Positions 49,851 to 63,424 of a DNA stretch of 64,000 nt are shown in pieces. Each line of letters opens with the position of its first letter. The stretch's first letter is position 1. A model generated the notes under the pieces. It saw only the letters and a list, made by a program, of their open reading frames with translations. It ran no database searches and was not told where the DNA came from. Source of the stretch: Rhizophagus irregularis (Eukaryota); NCBI RefSeq assembly GCF_026210795.1, contig NC_089431.1, forward strand, positions 4,774,001 to 4,838,000. Direction: 5' to 3'. A program made the position numbers and the translations under genes.

Positions 49851-51653
49851 ATTATAAGCGAAGAGAGAAAGAGGAGGAAGTATTATTGTATCATTTTTTA
49901 ACTATTGTTTCAAATTAATATCCGGTATTGTCGCACAATTTGTAAACAATTTGTGCGGTGTAACATTTTCAATAGGGCGCAAAAAAGGTGTGTGTGATCA
50001 CGATGGCGATCACGAAAATTATTTAAAAGTATAGAGATTTAAATAAGAGTTTTAAAGATATATTTCATATGGATTGTCAGTTATAAAAACTATCAAATAG
50101 ATAATAATGGATAATATAGTATTAAAAAAAAAATTATCAAATACGCTATCAAAAAAAAAATGGTAAATGGATCTATTAAAAGGAATATCAAATTATGTAT
50201 TTTATATCTTATTTAAGTTTGTTTTCTAATATGAATTATACATTTGTGAATTGTGAGCATTAGGATGTATTAAATTGTGCATCGACATCAAAATTTATCG
50301 TAATTGTGCAACTCTTTTATGATAAATGGTTTCTAGATAATTTATATAATTTATAAAAATTAAAATCCATCTAAAGAAATGAATAAAATTTAGTAAAAAT
50401 AAAAAGAAAGAATGAAAAATTTTTTTGAGACATCCATATTCCTGTATCACAATTCACAATAAGTAAACGCAACTTTGTAATAGTACTCCTTTTCAATATA
50501 ACCATAAGCCTTATCCCTTATGTCTTGACAATTTTTAGTTAGGGGTAGATTAAAATTCTAAAATAAATTCATCATATGGAAAATTGAAATGTTGCTGCTT
50601 TAGGGATTATTATCTGAACCTCATGCTCGATCTGTCATTATATATATATATATATATAAGATATAAAGAATAAATAACGACAAAGATCATCTGACAGATA
50701 GTTTTGGGATTGAACAAAAGATTATATATTATTCAATAATGTAAAATTTATTTCATAATATTATTATTTTCGCCTAAATTCGAATTATTATTGTAGCGGT
50801 TAAAAATTTTTTATTGATAATTTATACATTTAATAATTTTAATAATGAACTTTATTATATAATTATTTAAATTACAAACTAAGAATCTTGCAAAACATTT
50901 TAACTACTCTAATCCTAGTGTTTAAATAACTTAAAATAAAGTATAAATAAATGATAACAATTCGAATATAACATAATATTGGTTTGACTTATAAAGTCAA
51001 TTTAAAATCCATCTAAAGATAAAAATTAACAAATTAGTAAATTAATTAGTTGCATTATAAAAGAAATCTTATTTACTTAAGAGCTTACCCTTTGATTATA
51101 TTGTCGATTAATACCATATTCAAAAACAAAATCAATGATTGTCATTTAATAGACTATTGACTTGTATTTTTTAAATCTTAACCTAATTGATGAAAAGTCA
51201 ATTTTCTTTATAGTCATTTTCAATTGAATCTATTTTAAATAAACAACGTATCAGATACTACTGAATACCTTAATACAATAATATAAAGTAGTTCTTGATA
51301 AAGCAGGTATGATGGTGGTGGCACCGTAGCGTCGATCTGATCACACTTTTTTTCAAAACTAAAAAAAAAATTTCCCTTTCTTTTTTCGGTCTGGCTTTTT
51401 TTTTTAAATCGAAAAAAAATTTTTTTTCCATTATTTTACCATTTAGGTTTGGATCGACCAAACCGAAAAGAGAAAGGTTAAAATATTTGTAAAAAAAAAT
51501 TTTCGAAAAGAAACAAAAAAAAAAAAATTTGAAAAATTCAGTTTGGTAAAAAAAACCAAACCAAAAAAAGATTTCTTTTCAATAAAAAGGAGATAAAAAA
51601 AGGAAACCTCGAAAAAAATTTAGAAAAAAATACCGAAAAGGAAAAAATAAATT

Positions 51654-51870
51654 TTTACGAAATTATCACAAAAATTTACTTTGAAATTTTGGATAAAGAA
51701 TATTATGATATTATGATTGAAGTTGGTAATGACCCTAACGTAAAAGTGTTTCGAGCTCATATGGTTATATTGAATTATCGTTCTCCATATTTGTGAAGAA
51801 TTTTGTCAACTAATAAAAAGAAAAATGACAAGTATTAAATTACCAAATATTTACCTGAAATTTTTCATAT
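51654..51870 (+). pseudogene. Isolated, inverted BTB exon-1 remnant
   Basis: Encodes YYDIMIEVGNDPNVKVFRAHMVILNYRSPYL*RILSTNKKKND with frameshifts; opposite strand to all other paralogs. Confidence 0.88.
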
Positions 51871-52659
51871 TCGTTGATTTCAATTTTTTCATTGCACTAT
51901 TATTAATTATCAACTAAGAAAAAAATAAATAAGACATGTACATTATAAACACAAACCTAAAAAAAATAAAATAATCTTGTATGTGATATTTAGGAGTTAG
52001 GATGAAAGGATGAATGGTGAAATCAATCAGCTATCCGACTTGTGACATATTTTGGCGGAAATCAACTATCAATCAGCCATTCAATTGAATCAATCGGTTA
52101 TCAGATGTCCGATTGATGGCTTATTGGTGGCCGATTTGACATTAAAAAATATTCTGCAGCAAATTATATCATTTCAAGAGGATGGAAATGGCCGAGAAAG
52201 AAAAATAATTAATAAGAAAACAACTTGTTTCGACATTAACTGCAAAAGAATCATTGATACAAAATGATCCTACTGCCTATCAAATTATTTCTAACTATAA
52301 CAACCTTGCGTAATGCCTTGCGAAAACACCTGCTTTAACACGGAAAAAAAATAATCTTGTTCAAGAGGTAAAGCAGAAAATAAGTAGTGTTAAAAATATT
52401 ACTAAGAAAAACAAAAAATTATTTTCTACCTAGAATCTAGTTTGTAATTTCGTCTGAAACTCCCTATAAAAGAAGAAGAAAAAAAGAAGATAAACTAATA
52501 TTAATAAAAAAATCACCTCCAAGAATTGAACTTGGACACAGAAATTGTGGAACCAACGGTGATGGATTTTGTTGAGTTGATAAGTTATTAAGGAAAGAAC
52601 TCAACAAAGGAATGAAATAAAGGGTATCACATGTGAAGAAGGAAATCACATGAGATAGA

Positions 52660-52904
52660 TCAAATGATCAAGAAAGGTAAATTTTACAAGACAAAGGATC
52701 TCTCTGACACCAATTAGCACAGTGCAATGCTTCATGGGCGATGCAAACGATCCCCTTATAAAATTTATCTATCTAAGAATGGTCAAATGATCAAGAAAGG
52801 GTAAATTTTTACAAGACAAAGGATCTCTCTGACACCAATTAGCAATGCTTCATGGGCGATGCAAATGATCCCCTTGTAAAAATTATCTATCTAAGAATGG
52901 TCAA
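52660..52904 (+). repeat. Tandem duplication of about 122 bp
   Basis: TCAAATGATCAAGAAAGG...CTATCTAAGAATGG occurs twice head to tail. Confidence 0.92.
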
Positions 52905-54974
52905 GTAATCCCAAGTTGACCAAAGGGGAAAGATTACGTCTACATGCTATATTTGGTAAGCAATGGGCCAAGCTACGTAATATAAGTTTATTTAATTAAG
53001 CTATTGGGAGATTAAAAGGAGAGTAATATTCACTAAATAGGTTGTTTTATAAAGTAGAGAATAAGAAAAGATGAGAATCTGAATTACGCAATTGAGTAAA
53101 TAAAGAAAATGAAGAAGAATAGATAATAATATAAATAAAATATGAAAAAGAATTGAGGATAATAATAAATGTTTAAAAGAATAAAATATATTAAATAGAT
53201 ATGAAGGAAGAGAAGGGAGTTGGTTGAGAGATAAGATTATAGTGCACATGAATTTCAATAAGCGAAAAATTAGGACAATTGTATTATTGAGAATGTTGGT
53301 ATATATGAGGAGAATTATAAAAAGAATGTAAAAAAATCCGGTAAGTAATGGTAAATAATGTTGAGAAGTTTCAATAATAGGTTGAGGATTATTGTAACAT
53401 TTGTTGATAGGAAATTCACTTAAAATAGTATTGATAATATTTGGACACAAATGATAAGACATTTTGTAATTACAAGTTAAAAAATTGAATTGAAATTTGG
53501 GTGATTGTAAAAGTTTTGTAAGATTTGTAAGATTTGAAAATAATATTGAAATTTGGTTTTTGATTTTTTCCTTGAGGAAATTAAGGGTATTTATATATTT
53601 TTTAAAACCCTTTGAATACATAGATACATAGTGACTAATAATAAAATAGGTAAAAAAAATCAAGATTATCTATGAGTCACAATTTAATTTATAAGTTATT
53701 TAACCTAAACTAGTAATATTAATTGATTTAATGATATAATTGTGGCTTATAGTACATAGTTAATATGATTTACTCCCTAACTCCCTATAAACCATATAAT
53801 TAAAGATTATATGATATTGTGTAATATTCCCATACTATTAAAGCTTTTATTATTGTTAATTAAAATAAATTTATTAAAATTTTTATTCAAGCTAAATTTA
53901 TTTTTGATATATAGTTCAGCAATGGTTTTAGTATAAAGTTTTTATCATATGTATACATTACCAAAAAAATCAGTTCAACTCTTGCTTAAATAAATTAAAT
54001 ACGCGTGATATCATAACAAAAATGAAATTTTGATAGTTACATAAGATCCTAGAATTTAATATTCCCTAATTTGGAGTTGAAGTGCGTACTATGCTTATGT
54101 TTCGGACAATAAAAAAAAGTATACTGAAAGTCTATCTAAGTTATATGGAAAATTTGCAGGTGTAAGTATAACAAATTTATATACTGATTAAATAATATAC
54201 TGCGTATCGATAAAATATGTTAGTTTGCATTATTACTCATATAAAGTCAACGATATTACAGTATCTAATCTCTAATCTCATAACTAACATATCAATATTT
54301 TAGTATATGAGATATGAAATTACTTTGATATTTGTTATTAGATGGCGTAAAGAGACATGAGGTATAATGTAATGATAAATAGAAAGTTATTTACTATAAT
54401 CTTTATTTAAAGTAGTAGAAGTTATACAAAAATAATATCCTCTTTAATTTATTGGTTAAGAGAACTGCAATTACCCATAGCAGGTCTTTGACATTTATCA
54501 AAATAGAAATAATTCTAAATTATTGATGAAATTAGTCATGGAATTGAATTATAATTTATTTGGTGCAATTTTGCCAATTTATTTTTTTAATTTCTTTTTA
54601 AATTTATCCTTATTTTCATGTGATAATTATATACCACAGATGTAAAAAACTTTCTCACAATATTTCAGTTCTGTGCAAGACTCCGCCATACACTGCCAAT
54701 ATATAACGTGATACAATTCAATTTAAATACTTGCTTCTTTAAGTTATATTTTATTTAATAATTAAATTTATAATATTAAGTCATTCATTTTAATAATGAA
54801 TATAATAATATTATGATAAAATATAGGATAAATAATAGATTATACAAAATATATAATAATTTTAGAAAATAAAAAAAAATAATCAAAATAGTAGAATGAT
54901 AGAAACGATTTTGAACTATTATAAAAATATGATAAGACTGATTAAAGAATGTAAAATTATGAACTCATCATTTC

Positions 54975-56355
54975 TAGTCTTTTTTGCGACATCTTTATTT
55001 CCTCTGTTAGCAGAATCTTTATACAATTCAACTACCTTTTCTTTATCAATTTAAGTTCCAATCTCATTCTCATAACAGCATCCAATTATATATATTTCAT
55101 TTAAATATTCTTTTTCAGGTGATTTTTTATAATATTCAAAATGCTTTAACTTCATTTTTTTCGATACCAAATCCATCTTGATTTACCCAAACAATAGCCC
55201 TGATCAATTCAAGATCATATCGCTCAGATCGGAAAAAAAATTAACCGGTCAAACCGCAGTTACAATTGAGCACAATTTGTATAGCTCGATCGGATAATAT
55301 CATAAACAATAAATATGGTTGGTCTCTAGCACGCGTCACGTTAGTTTATCAAAATCGATCAGAGGCGAGGATCGGTTTGACTGACCGCTGATCGTTTTTA
55401 TAACCAATCATTTAGAGGCACATTTTGCGATCAATCCGGTCCGATCTAGAATTGAACAGAGCTAATAATACGCAGCTTCATATCCCTTTTCTGCTGCTTT
55501 TTGTACCAATAACTGCTTTATTTAAATCTTGATCGATTCCTTGCCTTTTTCCAATTAGGAATGTTATTTAGTAAAGTTTGATTAATATTATTAATATTTT
55601 GTTCAATAATTTGTTTTACTTCTGCAAAACCATAACCAAATTCATCATGCATTTTGATTAAATGGACTATCAACTCATCAATAATTTTTTCAACGTCATC
55701 AGAATCTGGCTGTTATATTAATTAATAAATCATTTTGTATAATAGAATTTAAAAAGTCTTCATCTATAATTAAATCATCATCTATCATGATGTAATCAAA
55801 ATCTTCATTTGATATTTATCTCTTAATTTCATTTTTAACAAATTTGTTAGAATTTGTTTCTTCATTAATATCTTGATTTATTGATTTAAGATATGAAACA
55901 ACTTGTTTAATGGATGGCCTTTCATCAGGATCATTTTCCCAACACGCTAAAAAAAAAATTAAATTAGAATTATACATTACATAAACCATCCAATCATGTT
56001 ATAAAATTAATAATATTTTACCTTTATATATATTACTATATCCAATAGGCGTACCCTTGATAATCTCCTATCTTTTTCCACCTACTATATCCATGGCTAA
56101 ACGAGCATCGAATTGTATACCTTCATCACAAAAAGGCTTTCGACCACTTGATAGTAACCAGAGAAGAACTCCTATACTATAAATAACTGATTTGAAATCC
56201 ATTATACAGGGTTGACCTCTATATTTGATATTACTCAAGTTTCTTGGATCTATATAAGGAAGTAAACCATATACTTCAGTAGAATAATTTGATGCTTCAG
56301 ATGCTTTCTTAGCTAAGCCAAATTCTGCTACTTTAATATCGTTTTTATGTAATAC
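54975..56355 (-). pseudogene. Kinase-Sel1 repeat gene remnant
   Basis: IKVAEFGLAK, YGLLPYIDP, SVIYSIGVLLWLLSSGRKPF, intron, ACWENDPDERP; then Sel1-like YQKAAEKG and IGCCYENEIGT; several stops and frameshifts. Confidence 0.82.
55195..55464. mobile_element. hAT-like MITE inserted in the Sel1 region
   Basis: TAGCCCTGATCAATTCAAGATC vs reverse complement TAGCTCTGTTCAATTCTAGATC (19/22); many GATC units; no TSD recognisable. Confidence 0.6.
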
Positions 56356-57156
56356 TGATTGTCAAATTTTGAAATCCCATGAATTTGTAAAATATTTGTA
56401 TGAAAATCAACTTCCTTCCGGATTTTAAGCTGTTATACATTTTGATTAATATGATTTTTGTGAAAATTATTAATTATATAAAATATGTTAAAATTTTAAA
56501 ATACCTCATTTATAAATTTTTTAATATCTAATCCAGGTGTTTTTACGACCAAAGGAATCAAAATATGTAATATAACAAGTTATCTTAGTTCCTGACAGGG
56601 CATTCTAAATTGTTCAATGGAAAAAAATTTTTTTTAATATAATATATAATTTTTAAAATTATTTAAATCTTAGATAATTATTTGGTAAAAATTCTCATAT
56701 TTAATTTTAGTGTGGTAAGAAAGATCTAAAAATCTTAGATAATTATTTATTATTAATTTTGAAAAAAAAAATCTCATATAAATAAAATAATAATTTGTTT
56801 ACTTTTTTAATTGTTTAGATTATTTGAAAAAATATCTTTCGTAACTATAAATGTTGATCATTTTAGTATGACTCTGACGAAAAATAAAGATCTCATACAA
56901 TTATAATTATGACTTTTGTTTTATTAAATAAATAATATAGTATTTTAGATAAGACTTATCATTAATTTTACAGATAAAAATTCTTATATTTAAAAAAAAA
57001 TTCTATCCGATCAACAACTTATGACCTGATAGCCAATCAAATGTTTCTAGCTATTATAAATACGGGCGCGGAAATATCACGAGTTGCCACATTACGCAAT
57101 TTATTCCTAATTTGTAATATTATTGTATCATCATTTTTATTCAATTGATAGTTATG

Positions 57157-57222
57157 AGGTTCGGTCTATTTCACCGATAATTGTTTCATCGACAGTCAAT
57201 CTTGCCGACAGTGAGTTCATTT
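57157..57222. repeat. MULE-like TIR fragment, inverted copy of 23880-23933
   Basis: GGTTC(A/G)GTCTATTTCACCGATAATT...AGTGAGTTCATTT is shared. Confidence 0.65.
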
Positions 57223-58875
57223 TTAAATACTTGGTTAAAAGGATCTAATTTTATAATATTTTCTATAAAATTTTAAATGAAAATTGATAGACTTTGTTTA
57301 TGGGGAAAATGAAAGGGAAAAAAGATTTCATATGTTTTACAATTTTTTTACTACACTTTTAGTCAGATTTGTAAAATTTCGAATTTTATTAAATAGTTGG
57401 GCAATAAAGAACTAATCCTGTAGCATTCATTCTCAGAAAAATTTCAAAGCGATTTGGTTACAAATTGAGGATCGGCAATTAAGGTTCACTAATTTCTTCT
57501 ATTATACTTTAAGTATTTTCACTTCTTAACGCTCAAATTCAAAATTGAATATAAATGTCAAGAAATTACTGAAAAATAACCAAGAACACGTTAAGGAATT
57601 GCATGGCTCAAACATATGTTATAAATCATCATTTACGACTTGGTAAAACGTTACAATTTCCTTTGACCAAATGAGCTCTTATTTCGATCATTTTCGAACG
57701 GTAGTACTGCAGTGTACGTGAATGAAGCTACATAAAGTAAAACTATGAAAAATTGAAAAATTACGCCATATGTTAAAAATGTATCATAATGAATAAGGTT
57801 AAAGGATGTGTAATTTATACAATTGACTTCATTAGTTCGAAATCAAAGAAAAATTTATTTTATGTTGATTAATTTTAAATAAACTTTATTGAATAAATCT
57901 GTAAAGAACAAATTACTTTTTTAACGTGACTTTTTTTAAAAAAAATATATAAAAAATAATTTTTGTTAAATGGTTTAATTAATTGTATTAATAAAACTCA
58001 ATAGAGAAAACATTTAAAATTCTATTGCGTAATTCCCTATGAAACAAAATTTACTTACGGACGCGTAAATTTTTTAGCTTTTTTTTTTGCTTATCGAATA
58101 TTTTTTTTAGAAAGAGAAGGTCGGGTTGGTCATGTTTCTGAATAACGGCAAAAAAATGAGTGTATTGTACAGGATAATTATCGTGCATTATCGACTGTTG
58201 TAACAATGAAACAATGATTTATCCATTTATAATATATATATATATCTCATTTTACTCGAATTTCATATTAAAATCACATTTACTATTCGTTTCAATGTTA
58301 CTCTTCTCTTTTCATTTCTTTTACTCCGGTCACTATTTTGCTTTTATTTGGGCCTAACAATTATATCTACCTTCATTTTTTCTTGTTTATTTAAGAAATA
58401 TATTATTAACTCCGGTATTAGAAAACTCTTAAAAATTCGAAGCGGCGGTTACCAGTTGATAAAAATTTTAAAACAATAAGGGCTGGTTTAAAATCATTGG
58501 CTGAGAAAAACTGCGCCAAAACAAAAAGTGATATTTAAATGGTTTCTTACGGCGCAGCAAAAAAATTTTGTTACAGTGGTTTACCAATTAATCCAATTAA
58601 TGCCATTTTAAGACTTATTATATATGCAAATACCAAATATAAACGTCAATAATAAATTCTCTGCGCCATCTCTTATAAACTCGAAAATAAAAGGAACAGC
58701 TGCGTCTCGAAGAGCGTCATACCAACAAGATAAACATACTATTGGATGTACTATTATGATCCTCATGGTTTTAAGATTCTTGATTAATCTCAATTAGGAA
58801 TCTTTTGGTATTTATGTCAATGATTTATTAAAGATAGATAATGAAAGCAAATAAGGATAGCATAAACTCTTAACA

Positions 58876-60488
58876 TCAAAATTTCTTTCTAATTTGAAAT
58901 ACTTCATATTCTTCTACATGAAATGGAATCTCGATTTCTCTGATATTTCTTTCGTATGATCGCCTACTACAGTAATTATTACTATTATCATAAAAATTAC
59001 ATCCATCTTCCATGCCTCCATATATTGTAAGATCACCCCTACCAAATGATGGACCATAACGATTCCAATAATGTATAGCATGCTTATTTTCCTTCACTCG
59101 ACTAATAACATGATCATTAATATTTTTGTTCATAAAGGAGAATATAAAACTATCACCGGTGCTGCCGTAGCCATCAATAGATTCCCATTTAATAGGATTA
59201 TATCCTCCAAGAATTTCATTACTATCTTTCACTTTAATAATTGCTACAGTACGAGATTGATTATCACAAATTTCATGAAACTTTTTAGGTGTAAATCCAT
59301 CACGAGATCCACGAAAAATTAATTCGAATTGATAAAAATTTTTCATTTCATCCTTAATCTCTAACTTATCGACCCATTTTGAAATTAATTCAGCATGTTG
59401 AATTGTAATAATTTTTGAATCAATGATTATCTGTGATACTAACTTGCTGCTTGAGTCGTAATAATTATTGATTTCATGATTAATTTCCTCAACTATTTGT
59501 AGTTTCAAGTTGCTGTTTGGGTTATAGTCATTACCATTCATTTTACAACTAATTTCTTTAATCTCTTGTAGCTCTAACTTATTACTTGGATCATAATCAT
59601 TATTCAAAAACCATTTAATTAAGTTTTCATATAACTTTTCGGATATAACCAATTTGTAGGGATATACTTTATTCAAAAACTCCTTAGATGTAAATCTAAT
59701 AAATTTAATAAAAGGAATACATTTTTCTAAGGTATTCTTTAAGGTAACAAAATCATCATTTGAATAGCATGTAGGATCTGATGATAATTCAGGATTCTGT
59801 GCAATACCCCATTTAAGCACATGTTCCCAAATTTGAACTTCATCTATTTGTGTATCATTTTGAATAAGAGTGATTAAAGTTTTTTCTGTAATTGAGGTAA
59901 AATCAGGCGAATTAAAAATTTTTTCTGGTTCTTTAGACATTAATTCTGTACAAAACTTTTGAAGTTCCAAGAAGGAATCATTTTCAAAGCTAGTTTGATA
60001 TATTAGACTAAAATTTTGTTCCATCCAGCTTGCTTTATTATTAATCAAAAATGATTGCAAATGAGGAATTAATTCCTGAAGACTTAGTTCACTTGCGGCC
60101 ATCAAAATTTTAATGATATCTAAAGTATCACATTCCTCCAACGAAAGTTTTCCTCCATAAATGTACCTAAAATCAAACGTTGATAATAAAAACATTAATA
60201 AAAAATTAAATTATTTATAGTACATAAATTAATAATTTACCTTAAGATTATTTGAAAAATTTCAGGTAGAATATTTGATAATTTAATATTTACCAATGTT
60301 TCATCATTTTTCTTTTTATTTGTTGATAAAATTCTTCGCAAATAAGGAGAGCGATAATTTAAGATAACCATATGAGCCCGAAATACTTTTACGTAAGGGT
60401 CATTACCAACTTCAATTGTAATATCATAATATTCGTCATCATTTAAAATTTCAAGTAAATTTTGTGATAATTTTGGTAATAATTCCAT
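58876..60488 (-). CDS. BTB-BACK-TLDc domain protein (exon 1 60488-60241, exon 2 60166-58876)
   Basis: Intact two-exon structure with the same motifs as the paralogs. Confidence 0.92.
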
Positions 60489-60687
60489 TATAATCGTAAG
60501 AAAGAAATAAAAAAATTTTTTTCGTCCAAATCCTATGGCTGAACATTATATGGTAGCACAATTTCCTGAATTAGAAGTTCAAATTAGACGTATGGTTGCA
60601 GATCACTCAATACATAAAAATAACGAAAGAGTTTGATTTAAGTTTTTAAGAAAATCTAAAATTTCTAAAATATACATATTACTTTTT

Positions 60688-60730
60688 TATAATCTGAAAT
60701 ATTTCATACTCATCCATAGAAAAAGTACCA
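60688..60730 (-). pseudogene. Last codons of a deleted TLDc paralog
   Basis: Reads GTFSMDEYEIFQII on the - strand; it and its flank match 63345-63473. Confidence 0.65.
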
Positions 60731-61080
60731 TCAGATAGGGCCCGAAATATATATACAGTCGATTTGCGTACAATTTAAGAATTTTCATCCATAGTTAGGT
60801 TATCAAGATTGCGTATTTTTTTATCAAAATTTTTATATGTAAAAAATTAGTTTGCGTATTTTTGGCCTAAATTTGGCTAAACTTATATATATAATATTTT
60901 TTCTGTACGTACTTATTGTTATTTAGTTAACCGCATTGTAATATTTAGTATTAACTGAATGAAATTTCTAAGGGTTAAAAAGTGAAATTTTAGAAAAATA
61001 ATATTGAAAAAACAGTAAAATAGAATAAATTCTATTATTACACATTAGTACACGTGTATTTGGTTTTATAAATGGTTATG

Positions 61081-61210
61081 GTTCTAAATCGCGACGGGTC
61101 AAAATCCCGAATGGGTCAAAATCCCGACAGTTGGCCCGCTTTATGCAGAATTATGCAGAATCACGTGATATTTTTGGCCAGCATTAGAATTCACCCGTTG
61201 CGATTTTGAC
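61081..61210. mobile_element. Small MULE-like MITE remnant
   Basis: AAATCGCGACGGG and GGGTCAAAATCCCGA x2 versus inverted CCCGTTGCGATTTTGAC. Confidence 0.45.
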
Positions 61211-61648
61211 TTTTTATTAGACGTCCAATATTGCTTAATTAAATTCTTTAATTAAATTAATTAAAATTTGAATTTCTGAATACTTAAAGGCCTTATCTGA
61301 GCTATAATTAAAAAATTTATTATAAAAAATCATTAAAAAATTATTACAATTATTACAGATTGCAATCTGATTGTTTTACACCCAGTGAACTCTAGCAAAA
61401 AAGAATATGATTTGTATAATTTTTTACAGTTTTACCAAAAAAAAAATAGAAAACACGATGATTATAGCATTCAAAAATAAAAACTTGTCTCAGCATTAAA
61501 ATAAATACTAGCACTAATAAATGTTATAATTTGTATAGATATATAATGAAAAAAAATTTAGAATACCAATTGATCTCTTTAGACTAATTAAATTATTATT
61601 ATTATAAAATGCAGTAAATGAAAATTGCTATAAAGAAAGCATAGAATC

Positions 61649-63259
61649 TCAAATATTAATTTTTTTTATAATTTGAAATATTTCATATTCTTCTACAGAA
61701 AATGTATTCTCTGTTTCTCTGATATTTTTTTCATAAGTTTTCTTTTTACAATAATTATTACCATTTTTAAAATCATTTACATTACCTCCAAATATTATAA
61801 GATCTCCAAAACCAAATGATGGACCATAACGTTCCCAATAATTTATGGCATTCTCTTTTTCTTTCACTCGACTTATAATATACTCATTAATATTTTTCAT
61901 AAAAGAAAATATAAAACTATCATTGGTAGCGCCGTGACCATAATCAGATTTCCATTTAATAGGATTATATCCTCCAAGAATTTCACTACTATCTTTCACT
62001 TTAATAATTGCCACGGTACGAGATTGATCATCACAAATATTATGAAATTTTTTAGGGGTAAATCCATCACGAGATCCACGAAAAATTAATTTAAACTCAT
62101 AAAGATTTTTCATCGCATGCTCAACCTTTAACTTATCGATCCATTTTGAAATTAATACTGCATGTTGAATTGTAATAATTTTTGAATCAATAATTATCTG
62201 TGATTCTAACTTGATACTTGGGTTATAATCATTATTGATTTCATGACTAACCTTAACTGTCTGTAGTTCTAATTTGCTGATTGGGTTATAGTCATTATTA
62301 TTCATTTTATAACTGATTTCTTTAACCTCTTGTGGCTTTAATTTATTACTTGGATTATAATCGTTATTCAAAAACCATTTATTTAAGTTTTCATATAACC
62401 TTTCAGGCATAATCATTTTATAAGGATATACTTTGTTTAAAAATTCCTTAGAAGTAAATTTAATAAATTTGATAAAAGGAATACATTGTTGCAAAGTATT
62501 CTTTAAGGCGACAAAATCATCGTTTGAATAACTTAAAGGATCAGAAGAAAGTCCAGGATTCTGAGCAATACCCCATTTAAACACATGTTCCCAAATTTGA
62601 ACTTCACTTATTTGTAGGTTATCATTTTGAATAATTGAGATTAAAGATTTTTCTGAAATTGAAGTGAAATCAGGTGAATTGAATATTTTTTCTGGTTCTT
62701 TAGACATTAATTTTGTACAAAACTTTTGAAGTTCCAAGAAGGCATCATTTTCAAAGCTAATCTGATATATCAAACTAAAATTTTGTTCCATCCAGCTTGC
62801 TTTATTATTAATTAAAAATGATTGTAAACGAGGAATCAATTCGTGAAGACTTAGTTCACTTGCGGTGACTAAAACCTTAATGATATCTAAAGTATCACAT
62901 TCATCCAACGAAAGTTTTCCTCCATAAATATATCTATAAAACGTTTATAAAAAATTAAAAATAAATTCATAGGAATCATTTACTTATACATACATAAATT
63001 AATTAATTTACCTTAAAATTATTTGAAAAATTTCTGGTAAAATATTTGATAATTTAATATTTACCAATGTTCCGTCATTTTCCTTTTTATTTGTTGATAA
63101 AATTCTTCGCAAATAAGGAGAACGATAATTTAAAATAACCATATGAGCACGAAATACTTTTACGTAAGGGTCATTACCAACTTCAATTGTAATGTCATAA
63201 TATTCGTCATCATCCAAAATTTCGAGTAAATTTTGTGATAATTTTGGTAATAATTCCAT
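61649..63259 (-). CDS. BTB-BACK-TLDc domain protein (exon 1 63259-63012, exon 2 62933-61649)
   Basis: Intact two-exon structure. Confidence 0.92.
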
Positions 63260-63424
63260 TATAATCGTTAGAAAGAAAAAAAAAATTTTTTTAAGGCTGA
63301 ACCTTATATAGTACTAATAGTAGCACAATTCCTAAAATTAATTAGTATGGCTGCAGATCATAAATCTTAGATCATCATTTTCAATTTTAAAAATTTATTC
63401 ATTCAGAAAATATACAATATCAAT

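Noticed and set aside
53001..53663. 220-aa ORF as a gene or LINE ORF2 fragment
   Set aside because: Strongly skewed composition and no recognisable RT, endonuclease or other motif; cannot be supported by eye.
23880..57222. One giant element bounded by the shared TIRs at 23880-23933 and 57157-57222
   Set aside because: The termini point outward relative to the interval, so they belong to separate insertions.
58608..58793. 61-aa hydrophobic ORF downstream of a BTB-TLDc gene
   Set aside because: Short, with no family signal; cannot be distinguished from chance.
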